DNA from: Deltaproteobacteria bacterium TL4
GTDB lineage: Bacteria > SAR324 > NAC60-12
DNA: 17,231 nucleotides
NCBI GenBank assembly: GCA_051382335.1
Contig: JBBCAX010000134.1
Location: 1 to 17,231, forward strand
Direction of reading: 5' to 3'
Part shown: positions 8,853 to 17,231 of the stretch, piece after piece
How the letters are laid out: each line of letters begins with the position of its first letter
How positions within the stretch are numbered: the first letter of the stretch is position 1
Made by a program: the position numbers and the translations under genes
The notes under the pieces: generated by a model
Database searches by the model: none
Told to the model about the DNA's origin: nothing
Seen by the model: only the letters and a program-made list of their open reading frames with translations

Positions 8853-9134
8853 GTTGCTACACTCTCTGAAAAACAGGTGCACCTTGAATGCGGAAGGTCT
8901 AAACGCCATCACCTTTGAACCATCTCCAGCGAGGAGACTCTGTATAGGTTATAGGAAAAGGCTCGCATTTTAAAAATTTAAGAAATTTTTTAAGAACAAA
9001 AGCAATATCACACTCTGAGGTGGAATCCAATAGCAAATTTGCATGGGGCATGCATTCCTTGGTGTGAGAACGAAAGATATCTTCCAAGTTGAACAGCAGA
9101 ATCAAAGCTCAGATTCTCCCGAATATAACGATCT

Positions 9135-10376
9135 ATGAAAATATTCAGACTCATTTTCATCAGCTTCTTCTGGCTTCTTCCCTTGAGTTTTGCGCATGCG
9201 GGAGAATTTCGTCGTATTGGACAAGGCATCCGCAATTTGGGAATGGGTAATACCGGAGTTGCCTTAAGCTATGATGAAGGAGCGCTGTATTATAACCCCG
9301 CAGGACTTGCGAGTGTCGATGCTCTTTGGATAAAAATTCCAATACAATTGGAAGCCTCCGACGAAATCTACCAATTCTATCAAGAGCAACAAAATTTATC
9401 AGGCAGTTCGAGTGTTGGGGACCTAGCGGCAATTGGGTTAAACAAAAAAATTCATCTTAAATACGCAAATAGCTTACTTTCCGCAGTGATTCCGTTTGAG
9501 GGATTTGGCTTTGGGTTCAATTACAACGTGATTGATTTTCGCTTTGATATGATCATTAAGAATCCCATTTTCGCGGAACTGAGCATGGGGTTTAGACTTG
9601 ATATATTTAACAGTGTAGGTTTGGGAATTGAATTAGGCGATGGTCATTGGTTAGTTGGAGTTTCCGCTCATACCATTAAACGCTGTGAGTTTAATACAAC
9701 GGTAAGTCTAGGAAATCTGTTTTCTTTATTGAGTTTATCGTCAGGCGATACCTCCGATCAAGCCGCAGTCATTGAAGCGCTCAACGAAAGCGGTGTGGCG
9801 GAAACTTCTCCTTGTTTGACCAATGGACTCTCATTAAATCCCGAAAATTATCAACTGGAGGGAGCCTCTGAAGCTCAGACCTATGATATTGGTATTCAAA
9901 GGCGCATGGAATCTGCTGACGCATTGCGGATAACATGGGGATTGGTAATCAATAAAGTTACAGGGATGTCTTTTGAACGATCAGGAGGTCATTCTTTACC
10001 TAAAGATGAGGAACCGGAAGTCAGCATTGGAATCTCCTTTCAGCCTCAAGTGAGTTGGTTCCGGACTTTATGGGAACTGGATATCCGTGACATTACACAG
10101 TCTCATGTCGATGATGACCCCAAATGCAACTGTTTTGAAAAGCGGATTCATTCCGGATTGGAAATTGGAATATTACCCATTGATTCAGGAGCAAGCTTTC
10201 TTTCTTTAAGAACAGGCTCTAATCAGGGCTATCTCACTTATGGGGTGGAATTGAATTTTTTTGTTTTTTGGCGAATCATGACTCTTCAGTATGCGAATTA
10301 TATTATTGAAACTGGAACAAATGCTGGAGACCGTCCCGAAAAACGCCATTTAGTGGAGTTGTCCTTTGGAATATAA
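9135..10376 (+). CDS. Outer-membrane beta-barrel, FadL/PorV/TraF_2-like
   Basis: Sec signal peptide ending AHA (residues 20-22). N-terminal hatch motif GIRNLGMGNTGVALSYDEGALYYNPAGLA. Alternating amphipathic strands, LRTGSNQGYLTYG near the C-terminus, and a beta-signal-like end HLVELSFGI. Confidence 0.82.
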   Translation: MKIFRLIFISFFWLLPLSFAHAGEFRRIGQGIRNLGMGNTGVALSYDEGALYYNPAGLASVDALWIKIPIQLEASDEIYQFYQEQQNLSGSSSVGDLAAIGLNKKIHLKYANSLLSAVIPFEGFGFGFNYNVIDFRFDMIIKNPIFAELSMGFRLDIFNSVGLGIELGDGHWLVGVSAHTIKRCEFNTTVSLGNLFSLLSLSSGDTSDQAAVIEALNESGVAETSPCLTNGLSLNPENYQLEGASEAQTYDIGIQRRMESADALRITWGLVINKVTGMSFERSGGHSLPKDEEPEVSIGISFQPQVSWFRTLWELDIRDITQSHVDDDPKCNCFEKRIHSGLEIGILPIDSGASFLSLRTGSNQGYLTYGVELNFFVFWRIMTLQYANYIIETGTNAGDRPEKRHLVELSFGI

Positions 10377-10463
10377 TCATAGCCCCGAGATCACAAAGAG
10401 GTGCTGTCAGGAAATCTTGGGACTTTTGTGTTCTCTGGATCATAAAAACAAAAACGAGGATTT

Positions 10464-11447
10464 ATGTGGTATTCTTTGAGAAATAGCATATGGATAAGCA
10501 TCATCTTGTTGACCCTTGGCGTTCTTGCCGGATGTGCAGATGGTTCCTCCTCTCAATCGGATGCGTCTGCGTGTGAAACCGCATTCAATGAACGAAAATA
10601 TGCGGTTGCTCTTGAGAAATGTAAAACCAGAAAGGACATCGCGGGTGCGTATCTGGGACTTGCCGGTTATGACATCATCAATCTAATAGAATCCACAGAA
10701 AATTCCGTCAGTGCCAAAAAGGATCCAACAGCGGGAAAATTACTTGGTACTGATACAACAGCAGGTGCGTCCGTGTTGAATATTTTTAAAATTGGTGAAG
10801 GTCAATATGCCAATAAAGCTGACAGAGTCACAGCCATTAATACCTCACAAACTTACTTAGGCAGCGCCATTGACTTATTAAAAGATGAATCGGCAGATGA
10901 TCTATCAGAAGACGAAATTCTGATTGAAATCTTTGCCACTCTCTTTTCAACAGTATTGAGTTACGTGGATCTTCTGGATGTGGGGATTGCGTCTGCCTCA
11001 TCAACACCCATCTTAAGTGAGGACTTCACCGATGCCAGTGGTAATCCTGATCCGTTAAAGCTTATACTTTTTAATCCCGCTGTCCATACGTTACTGGCGT
11101 GTGGAACGATTGATGGTGTGGATGACGTCGTGATTGAAGCTGATGGACATGTCTGGGCTGGTGAACAGAATAACGCGATTTGTCAAATATTCCTCAATGC
11201 CGCTAATGTAACAACGATTGTCAACGAAACGATCGCCAATGGAACACTGACCATTAATGCCAACAGAGTCAGTGCCGCTGTATGTTCCTCGCTCTCACCT
11301 ATGGTCCGTAAGTTTGCTCTATTTACGGCAGCCTTGGCGAAACTGGTAGTTAAGGTCGGTTCCGACAGTGTCAGCAGTTCCGCTACTATTTCCAATTCGA
11401 CAGGTGCGATCAATGATCTCTTGGCAACGTATGGGTGCAGTCTCTAA
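10464..11447 (+). CDS. Lipoprotein of unknown function, Cys-rich, predicted largely helical
   Basis: RBS GAGGA. Lipobox LAG-C24 followed by a Ser-rich tether (ADGSSSQSDAS). TPR-like start (ETAFNERKYAVALEKC...IAGAYLGLAGYD). Six further Cys. Confidence 0.85.
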   Translation: MWYSLRNSIWISIILLTLGVLAGCADGSSSQSDASACETAFNERKYAVALEKCKTRKDIAGAYLGLAGYDIINLIESTENSVSAKKDPTAGKLLGTDTTAGASVLNIFKIGEGQYANKADRVTAINTSQTYLGSAIDLLKDESADDLSEDEILIEIFATLFSTVLSYVDLLDVGIASASSTPILSEDFTDASGNPDPLKLILFNPAVHTLLACGTIDGVDDVVIEADGHVWAGEQNNAICQIFLNAANVTTIVNETIANGTLTINANRVSAAVCSSLSPMVRKFALFTAALAKLVVKVGSDSVSSSATISNSTGAINDLLATYGCSL

Positions 11448-11453
11448 GCCCAC

Positions 11454-12548
11454 TCAAGCCTTACTTTTCATGAGTTCCACAAACCGATCAAACAAATACT
11501 CCGCATCTCTGGGGCCTGGAGCCGCTTCAGGGTGATATTGAACAGAATAGGCGGGATAATCCGTGGCTTCAATGCCTTCGACCGTTTGATCATTCAAATT
11601 TCTATGCGTGACTCTAACATTCTTCGGCAGCGTTTTTTCATCCACAGCAAAACCATGGTTATGACTCGTTATTTCGATTTTGTTAGTCGCGTAATCCATG
11701 ACAGGATGATTGCCTCCATGGTGACCGCATTTGAGTTTATAAGTCTGACAGCCTAAGGCCAAGCCCAAGATTTGATGTCCGAGACATATTCCAAAAATAG
11801 GACGTTTGCCCAGAAGTGCCTTCACATTGGAAATCCCTTCTCCAACGGCGGAAGGGTCGCCAGGCCCGTTTGAAAGGAAAATGCCATCAGGGTTCATTTC
11901 CAGGACTTTTTCCGGTGAGGTATGGTAAGGAACCACCGTAATCTTAAGGCCCAAACGACTCATAATTTTGAGAATATTCCTTTTGATCCCAAAATCATAA
12001 GCAACGACATGAAGATTCGTCTTTGAGTTTTCCGTCTCCCAAACATATTGTTCTTTTGTCGAGACATTCTTGGCGAGATTTTGCCCAACCATTGAGGGAA
12101 GTTTTGACGCTTGTGTTTTCAATTCCTCAATGTTGGTATCCTCATCAACCGGAAAGATTAAGCCGGAACACTCTCCCTGCGCTCTTAAGATTTTAACTAA
12201 AGAACGAGTATCAATTCCTTCCAAAATGGGAACACCGCTTTTGAGCATTCCGTCTTCCAAACTTTGACTGGATCTCCAGTTGCTGGTAACTAAACTCAGT
12301 TCTTTAACAATGAGTGCCGCGGCATGAACCTGGGAGGATTCCATGTCTTCAGCATTGAGTCCATAATTGCCCATCTGGGGATAAGTCATCGTCACAATCT
12401 GCCCCGTGTAAGAAGGATCCGTAAGGATCTCCTGATAGCCACTCATTGCTGTATTAAAAATGACTTCACCACTTGCTTGTCCCAATGCTCCTCGGAGACG
12501 TCCTCGATAACAGGTTCCATTGCTCAAAACCAAAATTCCTTCTTTCAT
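11454..12548 (-). CDS. carA: Carbamoyl-phosphate synthase small (glutaminase) subunit
   Basis: Motifs [44 protein letters not shown], catalytic [17 protein letters not shown] and [10 protein letters not shown]. Confidence 0.98.
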   Translation of the reverse strand: MKEGILVLSNGTCYRGRLRGALGQASGEVIFNTAMSGYQEILTDPSYTGQIVTMTYPQMGNYGLNAEDMESSQVHAAALIVKELSLVTSNWRSSQSLEDGMLKSGVPILEGIDTRSLVKILRAQGECSGLIFPVDEDTNIEELKTQASKLPSMVGQNLAKNVSTKEQYVWETENSKTNLHVVAYDFGIKRNILKIMSRLGLKITVVPYHTSPEKVLEMNPDGIFLSNGPGDPSAVGEGISNVKALLGKRPIFGICLGHQILGLALGCQTYKLKCGHHGGNHPVMDYATNKIEITSHNHGFAVDEKTLPKNVRVTHRNLNDQTVEGIEATDYPAYSVQYHPEAAPGPRDAEYLFDRFVELMKSKA

Positions 12549-12640
12549 AATCCCTTTCTTGCCATTAAATCATCGCTATTAAGAAATACCTTTAGGCTGT
12601 AACTTGCTAAGTGAAGGTAGTTTACCGTTAATTGTATCCA

Positions 12641-13030
12641 TCACTTTTGAGGGTCAACGACCAACCACGTTTTTTTTTCTTTTTCGACCCCCTTAATTTG
12701 ACCCGATTCTGTGAGTGGGCAACGATACGCTTCTCCCCAAATATTGGTTGACAACTGATCCGCTTCAGACATCTCAATATTGAGATGCGTCCCGTTGAGC
12801 TCGCCTACCTGATTGCGAATTTTATTCAAGGCGTTTTGATAGCTATTACCGGATCCCACAAGAGCCATTGTTTTTAAATCCTCAAGCAGCAGACATTGGG
12901 GATAATCCTCCGGATTCTTTAAGAATTGTACAGATTTTCCTTGAGGCGTCAGGTCAATGGACGTTTGAAAACAAGAACTTAACCCAAAAAGCACTGTCAA
13001 CATTATAAACAACAGAGGGGAGTTACGCAT
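12641..13030 (-). CDS. Small lipoprotein, DUF4156-like
   Basis: Lipobox LSS-C20, LTPQGKSV, a paired Cys (QCLLL ... GEAYRCP) and ALNKIRNQVGELNGTH, as in DUF4156-type lipoproteins. Confidence 0.7.
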   Translation of the reverse strand: MRNSPLLFIMLTVLFGLSSCFQTSIDLTPQGKSVQFLKNPEDYPQCLLLEDLKTMALVGSGNSYQNALNKIRNQVGELNGTHLNIEMSEADQLSTNIWGEAYRCPLTESGQIKGVEKEKKTWLVVDPQK

Positions 13031-13044
13031 CGTTTCTTTTATCG

Positions 13045-14976
13045 TTAAAGAGAAATTTCCAAGCTTTGTCCCTGAGTAATCTCCGAAAGCCGTTTAAGCC
13101 ACAAGCGCTGAATTCCCACACTTTTTCGCTCTAACCATTCATCAACAATGGTTATGGATTGAGCGCTTCTTGCCATCTGAGGACATCCACATGAAAGACT
13201 GGCCTCATAGACACTGGGGAGCAGTCTGGGCAGCGTAACATACGCTGGTTGATGAGAAACGTCAATCTCTTCATCATAAACAACCATATTCAACAATTGA
13301 TCAGTTAATTGAAAGCGAGCCCCGTTCAATGGCGTGACTGGAAAATGAATTTCTGAAGCAATGGAATCATTGACATGATAAGGGTCAGGACGGTAAAACT
13401 GTGGAAAAACATGAGTTTGTTTGTAGTGAGGCTGATAGAGTAACGCTTGCCAAAAAGCGGGAAAGGTTCCTGCTTGCCCCAACGTTTCAAAAGCAGGATA
13501 ACTCCACTTCCACGTGAGCGGTTCTAAAACCCAATCCACCTTGCCCAGTTGATACACCGTCTGTTTTAAAAAGGGTGTTGAGGGCTCCGCATAGGTTACA
13601 GGGGATAATTGAAAAGAGGGTTGATTGCGCAGATTTTCAGAAGAGAGCCGACTCCATGAGTTGAAAGACCAATAATCCGCGTGATAAAATTCCAAAGGAA
13701 CGCGTTTGGTCTCTGGCGGAAAAAACAGCTCTTGATACCGATAATTTTCCGCGACTTGTTCTCCGCCGATCACAATAATTCGTTTTCCCCCTCCCAAATA
13801 TTTTTGAAAACTCTGTTGAAATTCTTGATTTTTTAAATATTTTTGGATGGCAAAGTTATGAAAAATCACGGTATCAAACTTAAAGAGTTCTACTTGAAAT
13901 AACACATCGACGGGAAACTGAATTAGAGAAAGTTCCGACTCCGGAACATTTTGAATATCTTCAAAAGGATCCCGTAAAATGTAAAAGGAAGTCATGTCAA
14001 TTTCAGGGCTTTCCCTCAACAACGTTCTTAGGTGTTTGACATCCCAACTGGGACGTCCCGCAATGTGCAGAACTCTGAGTTTTTTGGGACGAGTCGAAAC
14101 AGGAAGATACGCCACATTATTATATAGATTACGCTCTCCTTCTACCGGAAGAATTCGAAGATACAATAAATTGTCCCCCGGTTTCACAGGAGTCCAGGAG
14201 ATTTCTGTCTCCACTTGCCGCGTTCCTGCGTCCAACAACAAGGTTTGCTTGTTCAGTATGGATTGCCCATCTGTTAAGATCAGGTGCGTTTCCTGAGCTT
14301 GAGGCAAATTAGAAAAAATTTTAACTTGCATGGAAACGGGGGATTTGACAAAAACAACTCTGGGGTTATAAACTTGTTCCAAGGCAATATCTGTCTCCAA
14401 ATGCTTCGCCTCCCAAAGAAGGGTATCCACTTTCACCCCTGTTTCTGTTAACATTTTTTCCTCAATTTCTGTGAGCTGAGCCGTTTGAGTATCATGGCCA
14501 TCACTGATGAGCATCAGCCGTGAGTCCTTTGGTAACCCCGCCTGCTCGATAAAGCGCAGCATGTTGGAAAAAATAGGAGACTGCGCGGTCCAGGCGGACG
14601 AAGTGTTCTCAGAATTGGGGATCAAGGAAGAAGAAAACAGATCAACAAAGTGAACAAGGATTCCAGGATAATGATCTTTGACTTTTTTTACTAGGGACGA
14701 AGGGAGGAGGTCCTCAACGGAAGTGAAGTGTTCCTCTTGGAGGCCCAGGGTTTGTTGCATGCTTCGGCTCGTATCCACAAAGGCCAGTAAATGTTTTGAG
14801 GAAACGCTGCTTTGTTCTTCGGCCTGGTTAATCAACAACAAAACCCCCAGTAACGTTCCCATCCGGAAAAAAACGACAAGCCCCCGGAAAGATTGCCGTT
14901 TCCTGAGCAAAATAAAGAGGTGGATCAAGGTGATGACTCCAATGAGGAGCCATAATCCCAGAAAAATATTTAACAT
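13045..14976 (-). CDS. Membrane-anchored vWA-domain / Ig-like / class I GATase-like protein
   Basis: Two N-terminal TM helices. MIDAS motif DTSRS plus LISDG. A beta-rich CARDB-like segment ending E.NL.NN. Then LRVLHIAGRPSW...FYILR...ELSLIQFP...FD.VIFHN, typical of this uncharacterised membrane-protein family. Confidence 0.75.
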   Translation of the reverse strand: MLNIFLGLWLLIGVITLIHLFILLRKRQSFRGLVVFFRMGTLLGVLLLINQAEEQSSVSSKHLLAFVDTSRSMQQTLGLQEEHFTSVEDLLPSSLVKKVKDHYPGILVHFVDLFSSSLIPNSENTSSAWTAQSPIFSNMLRFIEQAGLPKDSRLMLISDGHDTQTAQLTEIEEKMLTETGVKVDTLLWEAKHLETDIALEQVYNPRVVFVKSPVSMQVKIFSNLPQAQETHLILTDGQSILNKQTLLLDAGTRQVETEISWTPVKPGDNLLYLRILPVEGERNLYNNVAYLPVSTRPKKLRVLHIAGRPSWDVKHLRTLLRESPEIDMTSFYILRDPFEDIQNVPESELSLIQFPVDVLFQVELFKFDTVIFHNFAIQKYLKNQEFQQSFQKYLGGGKRIIVIGGEQVAENYRYQELFFPPETKRVPLEFYHADYWSFNSWSRLSSENLRNQPSFQLSPVTYAEPSTPFLKQTVYQLGKVDWVLEPLTWKWSYPAFETLGQAGTFPAFWQALLYQPHYKQTHVFPQFYRPDPYHVNDSIASEIHFPVTPLNGARFQLTDQLLNMVVYDEEIDVSHQPAYVTLPRLLPSVYEASLSCGCPQMARSAQSITIVDEWLERKSVGIQRLWLKRLSEITQGQSLEISL

Positions 14977-15037
14977 TGCGGATCGTGTCTTGAGGTAGTC
15001 GAGACCGTCAGGAACTCAAAAGTCATCTGTTTTTAGC

Positions 15038-15820
15038 CTAGGGGGTTGATGTTTCCAATTTTTCTGTGAGTCTTACAGGAATATGGTGTTGATGTAAATA
15101 CTGTTTCACTTGCTCGACGGTGTATTTTCCATAATGAAAAACGGATGCGGCCAAAACAGCATCAGCCTTGCCGAGAGTGAGTGCCTTTGCGAAGTGATCG
15201 AGCGTCCCACCGCCGCCTGAAGCAATCACAGGAATACTCAAGGCATTGCTAATCTTGGACGTGATTTCCAAATCAAAACCATCTTGATGTCCGTCAGTAT
15301 CCATGCTGGTCAGTAATATTTCCCCGGCACCTAGCCTTTCAGCTTCGACCGCCCATTCAAAAGCATCCAAATCCGTCGGGCGGGAGCCTCCATGAGTGTA
15401 AACCTGCCAATGATCGCCCTGTCGTTTCGCGTCGATCGCCACAACAATACATTGGGAACCAAAGCGCTGGGCACCGTCGGTGATGAGTTGAGGATTCCGG
15501 ATGGCTGAAGAGTTGATGGAGACTTTATCGGCCCCTGCGGTGACTAAAGACCGTATGTCTTCAATCGAGGAAATGCCCCCTCCAATGGTGAAAGGAATAA
15601 ACAAGGCTCTCGCAAGTCGCGCGGCAAGCTCCAGGGTGGTTCCGCGATTTTCTTTTGACGCGGCAATATCCAAAAAGACCAATTCATCCGCAGATTGGGC
15701 ATTGTAGCGTTGTGCCAATTCCAGGGGGTCTCCCGCATCTCGGAGTCCCACAAAACTGGTGCCTTTGACAACCCGACCTTCTTTAATATCCAGACAGGGA
15801 ATGATACGTTTTGCTAACAT
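15038..15820 (-). CDS. hisF: Imidazole glycerol phosphate synthase cyclase subunit
   Basis: Motifs [60 protein letters not shown] and PVIASGG. The start overlaps the hisA stop (TAATG). Confidence 0.98.
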   Translation of the reverse strand: MLAKRIIPCLDIKEGRVVKGTSFVGLRDAGDPLELAQRYNAQSADELVFLDIAASKENRGTTLELAARLARALFIPFTIGGGISSIEDIRSLVTAGADKVSINSSAIRNPQLITDGAQRFGSQCIVVAIDAKRQGDHWQVYTHGGSRPTDLDAFEWAVEAERLGAGEILLTSMDTDGHQDGFDLEITSKISNALSIPVIASGGGGTLDHFAKALTLGKADAVLAASVFHYGKYTVEQVKQYLHQHHIPVRLTEKLETSTP

Positions 15821-16533
15821 TACAGGACCTCCTTCAGTTGGATTTTGCCTTCGTAAATGGCTTTTCCCACAATGACGTGATCAATGCTATCAATGTTGAG
15901 AGCTATCAATTGATCAATATCCGCTTTTGAGGAAATGCCTCCTGAGGCTGTGACACGAAGGCCTGTTTTTTGCGCAAACTCTCGTAAAGCTTCAAAGTTT
16001 GGCCCCGTCAACATCCCATCCCGGGAAATGTCAGTATAAATAACCCGCTGAATTCCAAGCGCTTTCCATTTTTTCCCAAACTCAACATCGTCCAGTTCTG
16101 TCCCCTCTACCCAGCCTTCTACAGCAACTTTACGATTTCGCGCATCAATGCCGAGAAGGATCTGCTCCTGAGGAAAATGCTCCAGTGCCCGTTGCAGAAT
16201 TTCGGGCTTTTTTACCGCCATTGTTCCAACAATCACCGAAGTGATTCCTAACTCAAGCATCCGCTGAACATCCTCAAAGGTTCGTATTCCCCCACCAAGT
16301 TCAATTGGAATCCGCAAGGCTTTAACCACGTCTTGAATTTTGTCAAGATTGGAGGATTGTCCTTGAAAGGCTCCATCCAGATCCACAAGATGAAGCCTCT
16401 GCGCACCTGCGGCTTGGAAGGATAACGCCATGGAAACGGGATCATCCGAATATATTTTTTCAGCATCGGCTGCTCCTTGAAGCAGTCTGACACACTTCCC
16501 ACCTTTCAGATCAATCGCTGGAATAACAATCAT
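15820..16533 (-). CDS. hisA: ProFAR isomerase
   Basis: Motifs [50 protein letters not shown] and VGKAIYEG. Start set at ATG 16533 (MIVIPAID) with GAGG upstream, rather than TTG 16545. Confidence 0.97.
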   Translation of the reverse strand: MIVIPAIDLKGGKCVRLLQGAADAEKIYSDDPVSMALSFQAAGAQRLHLVDLDGAFQGQSSNLDKIQDVVKALRIPIELGGGIRTFEDVQRMLELGITSVIVGTMAVKKPEILQRALEHFPQEQILLGIDARNRKVAVEGWVEGTELDDVEFGKKWKALGIQRVIYTDISRDGMLTGPNFEALREFAQKTGLRVTASGGISSKADIDQLIALNIDSIDHVIVGKAIYEGKIQLKEVL

Positions 16534-16581
16534 GAGCCTCTTCAATCGTTTCGTGTTAAAATTATCAATATGCGTAGGAGA

Positions 16582-16604
16582 ACATTTCTAAACTATAGAA
16601 ATGT
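16582..16604. promoter_or_regulatory. Perfect 9-5-9 inverted repeat, candidate operator
   Basis: ACATTTCTA-aacta-TAGAAATGT overlaps the candidate hisA -10 element. Confidence 0.45.
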
Positions 16605-16618
16605 CTGCTCAATTTCAA
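16590..16618 (-). promoter_or_regulatory. Candidate sigma70 promoter for hisA
   Basis: Minus strand TTGAAA (16618-16613), 17-bp spacer, TAGTTT (16595-16590), about 57 bp upstream of the hisA ATG. Confidence 0.45.
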
Positions 16619-17034
16619 GATTCATTTAGGAATGAGAATTAAATAACTTCCCCATTTGCTCGACTTTGAACAATTTGCTCAATATTACTCCTGAATAAAA
16701 TCAGAGACTTATAAAGTCGTATTAGAATTAATGATAGGTTTGGCCTGAAAAACGGGAAATAATAACCTTGCATTAATTCATTCATAAAATAAAACCACTG
16801 ATATTATTGAATAATTAAAACTAAAACCATGAATCAAATGTTCAAAGTCCAGCATTTGTAAACAATGCTGTTTTAGGTAAATACCTGCAAGTTGTAACGA
16901 TTGATTTTTGTCCATATTAATTAAGAAATATCTTCTTTTGTGTAAGGCTATCTCTGTTATCCTTATGAATAATAATCATTTTATGACATTTATCATAAAG
17001 CGCACAAGGGATAGGGTGAATAAACAGGTTCTTT

Positions 17035-17231
17035 TTATCCGCGTGGAATAGCTCTATAATTCCACTGTGGTAGGTAATCGTCAAAAATGATAGGCATCTC
17101 TTCTTTAAAATCTTCAGAAGTTTGTCTTTTCGTTTGATAGACGTTCTCATTGATTTCTACCGTAACGCTTAATCCTTTGGAAGTGGTTGTTTTTTCCATG
17201 AGTTCTTTAACAAGAGACACACTGGTAAAGA
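17035..17231 (-). mobile_element. ISAzo13-family DDE transposase, C-terminal fragment (continues beyond the window edge)
   Basis: The frame is open to the edge: FTSVSLVKELMEKTTTSKGLSVTVEINENVYQTKRQ...IIFDDYLPQWNYRAIP. The TTTxxGLxV...Y.T and ...WNY..P pattern is the characteristic C-terminus of ISAzo13 transposases. Confidence 0.85.

Noticed and set aside
8896..8913. Minus-strand GGTGATGGCGTT...ACC resembling a fluoride riboswitch 5' end
   Set aside because: The downstream GCUxAUGAC pseudoknot partner is absent, and the downstream gene is unrelated to fluoride.
9135..10376. Reading the barrel as a conjugation (TraF) gene marking an ICE or plasmid
   Set aside because: No other tra/T4SS, relaxase, integrase or att-like repeats are present, and both flanks are housekeeping genes.
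247..16502. The many short ORFs in the track that overlap long genes (e.g. 247-450, 1106-1291, 2210-2449, 2944-4018 set, 7659-7943, 13994-14296, 14678-14998)
   Set aside because: They are antisense or out-of-frame shadows of well-supported genes with no recognisable motifs.
16917..17150. 77-aa minus-strand ORF overlapping the transposase end (possible frameshift extension)
   Set aside because: The transposase already ends at its normal WNY..P terminus, and this frame is low-complexity AT-rich sequence with no RBS or motif.

Overview
Mostly housekeeping chromosomal DNA from a diderm (Gram-negative) bacterium; a deltaproteobacterial/SAR324-like source is only my impression. A minus-strand run carries a divergent type I-beta DAHP synthase, two hypothetical genes, glyQ, glyS and a class I fumarate hydratase. 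A second minus-strand run carries hisA, hisF, a vWA/GATase-like membrane protein, a DUF4156-like lipoprotein and carA. Between the two runs, on the plus strand, is a two-gene unit: a FadL/PorV/TraF_2-like outer-membrane beta-barrel and a Cys-rich lipoprotein. At the left is a 60-aa gene with a SutA-like RNA-polymerase-binding motif. At the right edge is the 3' end of an ISAzo13-family transposase. The best leads are the barrel+lipoprotein pair, the SutA-like mini-protein, the Firmicutes-type glyQS, the altered DAHP synthase motifs and several candidate cis-elements. All family calls come from motif recognition by eye, not database searches.
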